Source of the DNA: Eledone cirrhosa
Taxonomy: Eukaryota
Length of the DNA: 64,000 nt
Assembly (NCBI GenBank): GCA_964016885.1
Contig: OZ024745.1
Coordinates: 93,124,001 to 93,188,000 of the forward strand
Direction of reading: 5' to 3'
Within the stretch, counting starts at the first letter, position 1, and every line of letters starts with the position of its first letter. The position numbers and the translations under genes are program-made. Shown here one piece after another: positions 25,461 to 37,391 of this stretch. Below the pieces are notes generated by a model. It saw only the letters and a program-made list of their open reading frames with translations, searched no databases and was not told the DNA's origin.

Positions 25461-28060
25461 TATCATCATCATCATTTTACGTCCGCTTTTCCCTGCTTGC
25501 AAGGGTGGGACGGGTCTTATTCAACACAGCATCTCTCCACTCGTCACGGTCCTTCGTCATCTCCACCGTGATCCACATGCTAATCTGATATCCTAGGTAC
25601 CGGAAGCTATCCACCATTTCTATAGCGCCCTCCTGCATCTGAAAAATGTGTCTATCAATGCGACTTCTACTGTCTAATTTCCCTGTACATCTACTGCATA
25701 AAATTTCTCCCTACCTGTTAGTTTGCCTGCTATCCTGCTACATCTCTTGTGTACCCAGGATCTGCATTGTGTGCATTTTATAGAATTTATGCCAGTTCCT
25801 TTTCTGCATATCGAACATGGCCATTTCCCTGACGGAATCAGCGTTTTGTCCTCTTTTCTACTCATCAACACTTTTGTCTTAGCTAGGTTCACTCTCAGTC
25901 CTCTTGCTTCCAACTGCTGTTTCCATAGCCAGAATTTATTCTCTAGCTCCTCTACTGATTCTGCTATAAGAACCAGATCGTCAGCATAGAGAAGTTCCCA
26001 TGGACAGCCAGTCTTAAACTCCTCTGTTATGGCTTGGAGGACTATAATGAACAAGAACGGGCTGAGGACCGAACCTTGATGTACTCCTACTTGTACCTGG
26101 AATTCCTCACTAAACTCCATTCCTACCCTCACTTTACTGAGAGTACCTCTGTACAAAGTTTGCACTGTCCTCACAAGTCATTCCTCAACACCTAGCTTCC
26201 TTAGGGATCACCAGATGACAGATCGGGGTACCCTATCAAAGGCCTTCTCTAGGTCAACAAAGGCTAAGTATAGTGGCTTATTTTTCTCTAAGAACCTCTC
26301 TTGCAATTGTCTCACCAAGAAGAGGGCATCTGTTGTACTCTTCCCAGGCACAAAACCAAACTGCATCTCATCTAGTTTGACTCTTTCTCTAATTAGTTGT
26401 GCTAATATCCTTTCTGCCACTTTCATAACCTGATCTATCAGTTTTATACCCCTATAATTACTCCTCTCCAGAGCATCCCCTTTACTTTGTAGCAATTTAT
26501 GAGAATACTGCTGCACCAGTCTTTGGGTATGACACCACCATATATAGCTTGATTGATGATGCGTGCAACCAGTTTAGTGCCTACGTCCCCTGATGCCTTC
26601 AGCATCTCAGCAACTATTCCCGATGGTCCAGCAGCCTTACCATTTTTCATTTCCCTAATCGCCTCTTGGACCCTATATTCGTCAATCTCAATAGCTGGTC
26701 CCTCTGTCGGATCTACTAAGGGTAATTTCTCTCTCTCCCATTTGCTCTCCACATTCATCAGTCTCTCATAATGACATTTCCAGGCCTCCTTTTTCTGATC
26801 ATTCGAGACACTAAGTACACCGGCATCATCCCGGACACATTTATCTCCAACAACATCCTGATTTGCATTGACACACTGCCTTGCAATGTGGAACACCGCA
26901 CACCTCTGATCTTCCCGTCGCAGAACATTGGCAAACCTCCTACTCTCCGCCTCCCTGCGTGCTAAGTACACCTAACGTCTAGCTTCTCTCTTAGTGGCTG
27001 TATATTCTTCCCTACTCCCACCCTTTTTCCAAGCCTTCCATGTTAGTCTTTTTTCTCTAATGGCCTTATCTACTGTTCCACCACCAGGTCACTCTCTGTC
27101 TGGTTGGAGCTCTGCTCCAGTCACAAGTTTCATCAGTAGCCTGCAGCAAGTTGTCACGTAAGAAATTCCAGTTATTATCTATGTCATACGTCTCTAAATC
27201 GACTTCTTTTTCGTCATATACATCTTGAAGGGCTTTCCTAAATTTGTATTTTAGTGAAAGGTCTTTTAGCTTCCAGACCTTTCTTCTCCACACCTTCCTG
27301 TATGTCTCTTGCTTACTGAGATATCACTAACGACTAACCTATGCTGTGGGGTACATTCTTCCCCAGGGTATGCCTTGGTATTAGACACTATCTGCCTGTC
27401 CCGCTGCCTAACTAGTAAGAAGTCAATCTGGCTTATGTGCTCACCAGATTTGTAGGTTATTAGGTGATTGGCAGGTTTCTGGAAGTTTGTGTTGCAAATA
27501 GTCAATGTACCTGCATCACAAAATTCAAGAAGTCTCACTCCTTCTTCATTTCTTGAGCCGTAACCGTGCCCACCATGTACCCCAGTGTAACCATCCTGGA
27601 GCTGTCCAACATGACCATTGAAGTCTCCTGCTAGCATAACGATGTCTCCGTCCTCTGTCATTGCGGTTGTTTGTAAAAGTTGCTCGTAAAAGTAGTCTTT
27701 CTCATCTTTGCCTAGGCCTGCTTGGGGCGCATAGGCCGAGATGATTGTCAGTAGTCTCCTGCCTGCAACTAATCTAAGCTTAATTATTCGATTACTAACT
27801 CGAACTACCTCTATTGTCTTATTGATCCATTTCTCAACCAGGAAAATGCCTACTCCCCCTAACCCATCATCCTTACCTACCCAGAATAGCTTATAGCTAA
27901 GACGTTTGCCTACGACTAGTCTTGCAGAGGCACCTCTCCATCTTTAATCTTGCACACAGCACACATCCACATGCCTTCTCTCCAGCATCTCCACTATTTC
28001 AGCAGATCTACCTCTGAGAGTGCCAACATTAAGTGTTGCAACTCTGAGATGCGACATCTT
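25461..28060 (-). mobile_element. RTE-clade LINE, subfamily B, disrupted, with a deletion near the 3' end
   Basis: APE (LNVGTL, ISAYAPQ, GDFNGHVG, SQIDFLL), RT (QFGFVPG, GVHQGSVLSP, YADD) and Cys-rich finger; jumps at ~25575 to ...DRDEWRDAVLNKTRPTLASREKRT* and a (TGA)n tail. Confidence 0.92.
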
Positions 28061-28499
28061 CATATTTTGTTGTTGTTCCTATTTGTTGCTGTGCTGATAA
28101 GCGTTTTGGCATTGATACACTGGTTGGATGCCCTTCCTAACACAAGCGCCACTTTACAGCATGGACTGGGTGCTTTTATTTGTGCCACCAGCACTAGAGA
28201 GGATGTCTTACTAGACTCAAGGGACCTCTCTACCCCTCCATTTTACAGCATGGTCATTAAAAAAAAAAAAAAAAAAAAACTTATTGACACGACACACACA
28301 CACACACTCACACACCAACACTCATGCATACAAACCACAAACACACACACGCCACTCACATACCAACACTCATTCATGCATACAAACACACACACCACTC
28401 ACATGTATATATATATATTACCGGCAGTACTGATGCAAATACAAAATCAAAATCATGTCAACTGTTGACTTTTCCCAGTCCAGTTCAGTTTTTATATAA

Positions 28500-28747
28500 T
28501 AATAATAATAATTGTTTGCTTTACGCTGGTAATGGTGGTGGTGGTGGTGGTGAATGGTGTCAGTATGGTGATGATGGTGGGGGTGGATGGTCAGTGATGG
28601 TGGTGGCAGTTGTTGTTGCTGTAGTTGTTATTGTAGTTGCTGCTGCTGTTGCTGTTGTTGTTGTTGTTTTTGTTTCTGCTGCTGCCATTGTTGTTCTTCA
28701 TTTCACTGATGCTGCAGACAATGGTGTTGATGCTGTTATTGTAGTCG

Positions 28748-28784
<37 letters not shown>

Positions 28785-28785
28785 G
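28500..28785. repeat. Compound trinucleotide low-complexity tract (AAT/GGT/GTT/GCT/CAT)
   Basis: Directly visible; explains the spurious poly-V/A/S ORF 28324-29064. Confidence 0.85.
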
Positions 28786-30297
28786 TTTAACGTCCATATT
28801 CCACGCTTGCATGGGTTTGGACGGGGGTTTTCCCACTTGAGGCAAGAGTGGTTGTCTTGCTCGCATAGGACTGTCTGGCGGGTTTTCTACAGCTGGATGC
28901 CCTTCCTAACACCAACCACATTTACAGTGTGGACTGGGAGGTTTTTACCGTGTTGCCTACACGGCCACATTACAGCGTGGACTGTGTGTTTTTTTGTCGT
29001 GACACCTACACGACCTCATTTGTTTCGGGCTGGATGTTGTGACACCAACATAACTTTACATTGAAGGGGTGGTGTGGATGGGGTGGGGGTAGTGGGACGG
29101 GGTGTATTTTGTTAGAGGTGCCTACTGACTGTAGTAGGTTTCACTTTGTACTTAGGTAAGGCGGGTCTTCTCTATTACTGTGTAGCGCCAAAGCTCTCGG
29201 TCCAGTGACATTGTCTTGGAGAGGTGTAAGTGTGTGAGGTCAGAATTTATCAAGTCGTCCCAGGTTTTTCTGGGTCTGCCTACTCCGTGGCTACCGTCTA
29301 TTTTTATTGCCCTGCACATTTTTATACAGCTGTCGTCTTTCATGCGCATCACGTGACCATACCAACGTAGCCTTCTCTCGAGTAAACATCTGATCCCTCT
29401 TATTTCTAATTTCTCCCTTAGTATGTTTATGCTTTGCCGTCTGCATATATCCTCTGCACACAATGCCCAGGTCTCACTGCCATGTAACATTGCTGTTCGT
29501 ATGCAGGCATCATACAGCCTGCCTTTCATTTTTAGAGAGAACCCTTTAGCGGCCAATAGTGGTATAAGCTCTCTGAACTTTTTCCATTCCGTTCTGACTC
29601 TAGCTACTGTACTTTCAGAGCACCCTCCCCCAGTGCTGATTTTATCACCGAGGTAACGGAAGCTGTCCACTATTTCTATAGAACCATCTGTGCAATGGAA
29701 TGAGTTAGTATTCTGTGGGCACTTGCTGCTACTTATTGCACCAGAGCACCGGCCACATATAAAATCTATATTCTTAGATAGTTTACCTGTGATCCCACTA
29801 CATCTTTTATGTACCCATACTTTGCATTTGGGACATAAAATTGAATTTCTGCCTACTCCTTTCCTACACACTGAGCAAGGCCATTTCCCTGAGGGTACCT
29901 GTGCCTTATTTTCCTTTCTACAAACTAGGACTTTAGTCTTAGACAAGTTAACTTTAAGGCCTTTTGATTCTAGGCCATGCTTCCATTTTTGGAACTTCTT
30001 TTCTAGTTCAGCCATTGATTCAGCCATGAGCGTTAGATCATCTGTGTATAGGAGTTCCCATGGGCAGCCGGTCTTGAACTCCTCTGTTATAGCCTGAAGG
30101 GCAATAATAAATAGGAGGGGGCTAAGGACAGAGCATTGGTGAACACCAACTTTTACACTAAATTCTTCACAATATTCATTGTTAATTCTAACCTTACTGA
30201 CTGTTTCATTATACATGGCTTGTATAGCTCTCACAAGCCATTCATCTACACCTAGTTTTCTAAGAGCCCACCAGATAATGGAGCGGGGGACTCTCTC
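28750..30297 (-). mobile_element. RTE subfamily A, 5'-truncated copy with complete 3' UTR and (GAT)n tail
   Basis: ORF 30315-29152 (RT C-terminal half, YTDD variant, ~60-nt internal deletion); 3' UTR matches the copy at 4722-5098. Confidence 0.92.
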
Positions 30298-30730
30298 AAC
30301 AGCAATTGGAAGCAAGAGGACTGAAGGTAAACCTAGCTAAGACAAAAGTGTTGATGAGTAGAAAAGCGGACAAAACTCTGATTCCGTCAGGGAAATGGCC
30401 ATGTTTGATATGCAGAAAAGGAACTGGCATAAATTCTATAAAATGCACACAATGCAGATCCTGGGTACACAAGAGATGTAACGGGATAGCAGGCAAACTA
30501 ACAGGAAGGGAGAAATATGTATGCAGTAGATGTACAGGGAAATTAGACAGTAGAAGTCGCATTGATGCACACATTTTTCAAATGCAGGCGGGTGCTATAG
30601 AAGTGGTGGATAGCTTCTGGTACCTAGGAGATCAGATTAGCATGGGAGGGGGGTGTTCCGAGGCCATAGTATCTAGAATAAGGACGGGCTGGAAAAAGTT
30701 TAGGGAGCTGGTTCTTCTGCTGACAAAGAA
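30298..30730 (+). mobile_element. RTE subfamily B internal fragment
   Basis: LEARGLKVNLAKTKV...WPCLICRKG...RTGWKKFREL; near-identical to, and inverted relative to, 25580-25920. Confidence 0.88.
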
Positions 30731-30761
30731 AATCAAGTCAATAATTCATATATATATAATA

Positions 30762-31102
30762 GAGGCACATGGCTTAGTGGTTAGAGCATTGGTCTTGCAA
30801 TCGAAAGGTTGCGAGTTCAATTCTCAGACCGGGTGATGTGTTGTTTCCTTGAGCAAGACACTTTATTTCACATTGCTCCAGTTTACTCAGCTGTAGAAAT
30901 GAGATGATAGGGACTGGGGTCCATATCATTCCACTGCAAAGTGGTCGTGGAGGTGCCACGGCAAAAAAGCACCCAGCACTCACTGTAAATGAGGTTGGTG
31001 TTAAGAAGAGCAGCCAGCTGTAGAAATCAAGCCAGAATCAGTTCCCGTCCCACCCTTGCAAGCAGGGAAAAGCGGATGTAAAATGAAATGATGAAATGAT
31101 GA
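30762..31102 (+). mobile_element. tRNA-derived CORE-type SINE with RTE-B 3' tail
   Basis: A box TGGCTTAGTGG, B box GAGTTCAATTC, CORE-like ccttgagcaagacactt; tail cccgtcccacccttgcaagcagggaaaagcggatgtaaaatga is nearly identical to the RTE-B end at 25475-25513. Confidence 0.82.
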
Positions 31103-31128
31103 TATATATATATATACATATATATATA

Positions 31129-32511
31129 TGAAGCGAAGGCGGTTAGTAGTTATCGTTAGAAGAAATAATACGAATAGCTGGTTTACTTTTGATATAAAAG
31201 ATTTACTTCACTTCACTTCATAAATGAACAAAGAATAGGTTATTAAGAGTTATAATGGTTGAAGATGTTTTTGACGTTGCTTTATGATGCTGGTGTAGTC
31301 TGAGACCAGGAGAGAGAGAATAATGGTCTGTAGCAGTCTGTAGAGCTCAGGGGCAGATTAGCTACATACATATATAGGAAAAGAGTCAGGACCTTGACGG
31401 CTGAGCTCTGGTCGTTTCAACTTCTAGATCCAAACTAAGCCAGCACTATTAGAACAGCGGGAATCTAGCAGAACTTATCAAGGGGTACAGTCCATGCAGT
31501 CAAACCAAATAAAGCTGAAATATCAAAGCAAACAATCCTAAAGATTTGTTGTTTTTCTTGTCTGTCACAGGGAGTGGTCAGTGATTTGGGATGTCATGTA
31601 CATGGTTAAAAAACCTCATAGCCAGCGGGAGGTGGAGGGCGAGGGGGGCTGGACTGGCCTGTAGAACAAAGGGGAAGGTGTAAGAGGTCTGACCTGTGGG
31701 TGCCATGCCCAGTAAGAGAGAACTCTTTATAACTATCTTTCATTTATAGAGAGGTAGCCTACAATTCAAATGGGTAAGAAAGTAATTTCAGCATGTAAGA
31801 ATCAAGGAAGGTGGTTAGAGAGTGTAAGTAAATATGCCAAATCTAACATTTAGCTAAAGAGCAAAGAATTTAGATGTTAATACTAATTCAGTTCCTGATA
31901 AAGAAATTTAGTTATCAATTACTCTAAGGCACAGAAAGGGCACCTCAATACACTAATTTACTAGTATTTTCTTTTATAATGATGCACCCCAAAATAGCAT
32001 GGCTATGTGTTTGGCCGGTTCTATGTATATTTAACAACAGTGAAAATATTCTGGGTTAACCTAAGGAAGATTAGGAACTGTTTATAATAGTGTAGATAAG
32101 CAAAGATCCACCTAAGTGTAATTAGAGTGTGTAACTAACGAAGAAAAAATTCTAATTCTACCTAAGTATGCTTGGGGTTTCCTCTATCTTAGTTTGTAAT
32201 TAGGAAGGAGATACAGCCGAGGTCTACCCAGCTGGGTCGTCAGGGGGTTTGAAAGTAAGATATGTTCTATGTATTCTGTGTTTATACGAGGTAACAAGTT
32301 CATCCCTTTTGTTTAACAATTGGTCCTTTGCAAACAGCATTTGGATTGTTTCCTCCAAGCATAAATTGCATGGATGGTGTCCTCCCGAGTAAGATTTTAC
32401 CTTGGAAAGTATGCTCCAACTTGGATGATAAGTAATATTGTTGTCTTGGAGGTCCCAAATATGGTCAGAAAGTGCTGTCGTGTGTCACCAGAGAGTGCTG
32501 TTGTGTGTCGC
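31129..32511 (-). mobile_element. Penelope-like element fragment (GIY-YIG C-terminus + putative 3' region), flanked by (TA)n
   Basis: Minus 32485-32224 translates HTTALSDHIWDLQDNNITYHPSWSILSKVKSYSGGHHPCNLCLEETIQ...LLNKRDELVTSYKH, homologous to the GIY-YIG tail at 48824-49198. The extent of the non-coding part is inferred from the TA flanks. Confidence 0.8.
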
Positions 32512-32601
32512 ATATGTGTGTACATATATATATATATGTGTGTACATATATATATATAACAACGACGATCTGTAATCCATGGTTCATCAAACTCCTTTTA
32601 A

Positions 32602-32697
32602 TGGTGGGGTCTGACGAGCCATGGATTACAGAGCCGGGCTAGATTGATACAGATTGAACCTTGAGCTTATCAGTGGCGAAACGCGCATCACCAACCA
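32602..32697 (+). ncRNA. Type I hammerhead ribozyme (Penelope pLTR/retrozyme type), slightly decayed
   Basis: ggt-CTGACGA(32611-17)-GCCA...TGGC(32674-77)-GAAA-CGCGCA-TC-acc; stem III is one change from the palindrome ACGCGCGT. Confidence 0.72.
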
Positions 32698-33447
32698 ATA
32701 AACGTAATGAAGGAGTAACCACTCGTCCTTGTTTTATTTTATTATACTACACTCTGTCTAGCTCTACACCTTGACACAAAAGTGAACCTAAACATCGAGT
32801 GCTCACCCGGGTGAACCTACAGTAACTCCAGGTTACACTCCCTGGATATATATATATATATATGTATACATATATATGTGTTTATATATATATATATATC
32901 ATTCTGCCACCCTGCACTATTGACCTGTGCACAATATCTGCCTGTAGCATATTGTCTCAAACGACACCAGTTTGTTAACATTGTAGCGACTAGTGCCACC
33001 TTGCCCGGGGAGAAAAAACTAATTGGAGTTACTTCCCCGTGGCCAGTATATAAGGGAGTGTTCTGACGTCACTCGACCTCTCTTGCTCGCTCACTCTCTT
33101 TTTGGCGGCACCTCTCAAACTGGTCACATCGAGCGCAAGCATGCTAACGTTTTTCAACCATATCTTATAATTCAGGATTATACCTTGTCATGCCACGAGG
33201 CACATTTGTTTATCACATATGTAATTCACGGACTACAATAAATGCAAGTTATTTTGATACTCGTTTTGAGAAACTTATTATGCTTCAGTTATTACTTCAG
33301 ATGTATTGAGAGATAATTCTCACATGGCATGAAATTGTATGAAAATTCTCCTATCTCTTATTTCTATTAAATTTAGGAGTTGGGTTCCGGTGGTACTTAC
33401 TGGAGTAAGTAACCCTGGGACCAACTCACTAAAAGCGGTGACCCCGT

Positions 33448-33572
33448 CTGAACATATAATTTCTATCGACATCTGAACATATAATTTCTACCGACGTTTG
33501 AACATATAATTTCTATCGAGTCAGAACAAATAATTTCTACCGACGTTTGAATATATAATTTCTCTCGACGTT
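33448..33572 (+). repeat. ~24-25-bp tandem repeat (5 copies) in the Gypsy 5' UTR
   Basis: tgaacatataatttctatcgac-like unit repeated. Confidence 0.85.
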
Positions 33573-33610
33573 TTGAAAAAGAAAATCATCTCTCTCGACC
33601 AAATTTCATC

Positions 33611-34447
33611 ATGAGCAACACATCGTTACCACCGTATTCTGGCGATGCCAAATTGTGGTTCGCCCAGCTCGATGCGTATTTTGCGGTCAATGGAGTACAG
33701 GAAAAACAGCAAAAATTAAACATGCTAATCAGCAGAATTCCAGCTTCACTAGCAATTACAGTAAAAGACATAATCACGAACCCTCCCCAAGGCGTTTCCT
33801 ACAAGTCTTTGAAGATAGAGGCACTGCGTAGGAACAGTAGGTCGTCTCAGAGTAAATTTCGTTCCTTATTAGAGGATGAAAATCTGGGGGACATAACTCC
33901 TACAGAGGTTTTACGGCGTATCCGTGAACTCAGTGATGCTGTGCCCGAAGACAGTAACTTCGTAAAAGAGTTATTCTCCCGTTTGCCAACCAATGTGCAA
34001 ACCATATTGGCAAATACGGTTGACACCAGTTCGATAGAACAAATTGCTGCCTCTGTGGACAGAATTATGGAATTTTCTAGAGAATCTACCTCGGCTGATT
34101 TGGTCATTGCCTCTACTGCTTTCAAAACCCAGCCTGCTTCACCTCGTGAGGACTCAATGTTGAGAGCAATTGACGCATTAACTAGGCAAGTAGCTAAACT
34201 ATGTAGGGATCGAACGCCATCTAGACGGCGTTCACGAAGTCGGTCTTCTTCCTTTCACCGTCGCGCCAACCTCCCCGCCAACAACTCATCTTTGTGTTGG
34301 TATCACGTGCGATTTCGTGAAAAGGCGAAACATTGTATCAAGCCCTGCTCTTTTGGGGCATCGAAAAAACTAAGCTTGGAGAGTATGAACACAGCAGACC
34401 TCTCCCTTAACAATTCACCTTATCGTGCTTTCTTCATCAGAGTCTGA
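33611..34447 (+). pseudogene. gag: Gypsy gag
   Basis: LPPY..DAKLWFAQL N-terminus, LGDITPT, RS-rich tract and CWYHVRFREKAKHCIKPCSF knuckle. Confidence 0.85.
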
Positions 34448-34465
34448 GTTTCAAACAAATCATTT

Positions 34466-37391
34466 ATGGTGGACACAGGATCTAGTTGCAGTATTTGGCC
34501 CTTACGGTTCAGCTCTACCAAGCCAACTCTTTCCGGCATTTCTTTGTATGCAGTAAACCAGTCTCCTATAAAAACTTATGGACAAATATCTTTATCATTG
34601 GACCTAGCTTTACGTCGAGATTTCAAATGGATTTTTGTCATTGCGACCTACCTCATCCTATTCTCGGTGTTGATTTCTTACAGCACTATTCACTTTTGGT
34701 AGATGTCGGGAACCAGAAACTTGTGGATAGTACCACATCCTTAGCTATGCCTACTCGTAAATCTACCACTACTGCTGTCAGTCCGTCATTTTTTGTGGCT
34801 GCCACTGGAAACCAGTTTCATGAACTCCTTACTTCCTTTCCTGAGTTAACGGATGTTTCATTTAAACCTACCCAGGCACTCCACTCGACTCAACACTTTG
34901 TTACAACAGCTGGTCCACCTGTTTTCTCTCGTCCACGAAGGTTGGCTCCGGATAGGCTAAAAAAAGCACGAAACGAGTTCGAGCACATGGGCATCTCATG
35001 GGCATCTCCGCATCACTTGGCTCATAAGGGTGAAGCAGATTTTAGACCTGTGGGAGATTATCGATGACTTAATGCCATCACCACGCCGGACCGTTATCCT
35101 CTACCAAATTTACAGGATTTTTCATCCATTCTGCATGGATGCAAGATATCTTCCAAAATAGATCTAATACATGCATACCACCAGTAACCCATGAAACCAG
35201 AGGATATACCAAAAACAGCTGTGACCACCCCCTTTGGTTCATTTGAATTCCTGTCCATGCCTTTTGGTTTGCGGAATGCCTCTAGTACATTCCAACGTTT
35301 TATCGATGAAGTCACGCGTGGATTGGATTTCGTCTTTGCTTACGTGGATGATCTCCTGATAGCCAGTGATTCAGCTGAGCACCATCATCAACATCTATCC
35401 CAGTTATTTCAACATCTCCAATCGTACCAAGTCAGAATCAACCCAGCTAAATGTGTGTTTGGTACAGCTTCACTGGAATTCCTTGGACATCTTATAGATT
35501 CAGAAGGCATTCAACCTCATCGCACCACCCACCTCCTTGAAACAATTATGTCATTTCTTGGGATTAATTAACTTTTATCGTCATTTCATTCCTTGTGGAA
35601 AAGTTGTTCCTCTTGACACAGTTTTTAAAAGCTGCGAAAAAGAAAGATGCTCCTATTTCACTTTCTGCCGATGCTTTGCAATCTTTTGAATCCGTCAAGT
35701 CTGAGATAGTTGAAGTTTCCTTTCTTGCCCATCCTGTTCCAAACGTGACACTTTCCTTATCTGTTGATGCATCCGATCATGCTGTTGGTGCAGTTTTGCA
35801 ACATGCGATCGATCACCAGGTTCAACCACTTCTAGCGATTTATCTTGCTGTGAGACATTTCCATCATCTTCTTGAAGGTCGGGAATTCACGGTATTAACC
35901 ACTCACAGACCATAACCACTCACATTCGCTCTTCAAACCAAATCCGACAGGTACTCTCCGAGAGCGTATAAGCATCTGGATCTCATCTCCCAGTATACCA
36001 GTGATATTCGTCATATAGCTAGAACTGCCAACATACCTACGGACGCACTATATCGACTTTCTGCGTGTTCTCTTGCGTCTTCTGCACATATCGATTTAGT
36101 TGCCATAGCAACTGACCAACCTATTTTGGATTCGTTGGACATTTCTTCTACCCAACTTTCCTGCTGTAAGTTTGATTATTTACCTCTTCCATCTGCTGAA
36201 GGAAAAATTCTTTGCGATATTTCTACTGGATCACCCAGACCGTTTGTTCCGGATTGTCATCAGCATACCGTTTTTGATGCACTTCATTTCTTGTCGCATC
36301 CTGGCATAGCTGCCACGGTGAAGCTTATTACGGCTTGATTCTTCTGGCCTAATATGCATCGTTTAATCACCAGTTGGGCACGTTCTTGTTTGAAGTGTCA
36401 GCGTTCTAAGATTTATCGGCATGTCCGCGCTCCTCTTGGGAAATTCAGCCCACCAGATGCACGTTTCCGTCATATTCACATGGATATTGTTGGTCCGTGC
36501 CCCATTAGTCGTGGGTTCACATATATATTGACTTGTATCGATCGTTTCTCTCGGTGGCCTGAATCATACCCCTAGTGGACATAACAGCAGAGTCCGTTGC
36601 CCGAGCTTTCATTTCCAATTGGATTGCTCGCTTTGGTGTTCCTGCTAAAATAACTACGGATCGTGGACGCCAATTTAAAGCTTCCTTATTTCATGAAATA
36701 TCACGACTCTTGGGTGTTCATCACATTCATACGACCAGCTATCACCCAGCCTCCAATGGAATGGTCGAGAAGTTTCATAGACAGTTGAAAGCTGCACTTC
36801 GCGCTACTCCTGATCCGCAACGTTTGACCAAATTTTTGCCAATCGTACTTCTTGGTTGTCTTCTGCCATTAAGACAGATTTAGGTTTTTCTGCTGAACTT
36901 CTTTATGGTACCACATTGTCCTTTCCTGGACAAATGTTAGTACCAGTGGATTCATCGCATCTTGACCCAGCATCATATGTCACCAGGATTCGTTCGTATT
37001 TCTCGGATCTTCCACCAATGAACCCTCGTGACCAGTCTATTTCTTCTGCTGTCCCATCGGACATCTCTATGTGGACACATATTTTTATACGGAATGATTC
37101 CGTCAAGGGACCACTTACGTCACCCTATAAAGAACCTTTTTGTGTGATTTTTCATACACCAAACCCTTTACAGTGGCTGTCGATGGTCGAAAAGAGATTA
37201 TATCCGTTGACAGAGCAAAGAAGGCTTTCTCTGAAAGTCTCATGTCATTGCCTGACATACCTCGCACATACACTCCCACACAAACACCTTCACCTCCACT
37301 GCAAACACCACATACCACACAACCATATGTCACACGAAGTGGCAGGACAATAATATGGCCACGTAAACTCTCAAAAAACAATATAGTCTAA
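34466..37391 (+). pseudogene. pol: Gypsy pol (protease, RT, RNase H, integrase), many stops and frameshifts
   Basis: VDTGSS; RPVGDYR, KTAVTTPFG, MPFGLRNA, YVDD; VDASD; H..SHPG...CLKC; [26 protein letters not shown]. Confidence 0.92.

Noticed and set aside
28324-29064. 246-aa membrane-like ORF
   Set aside because: Translation of trinucleotide microsatellites plus the antisense RTE 3' UTR.
30762-30835. tRNA gene
   Set aside because: A and B boxes are present, but the sequence runs into a CORE-like body and LINE tail without a clean cloverleaf: a SINE head. The same applies to 47410-47480.
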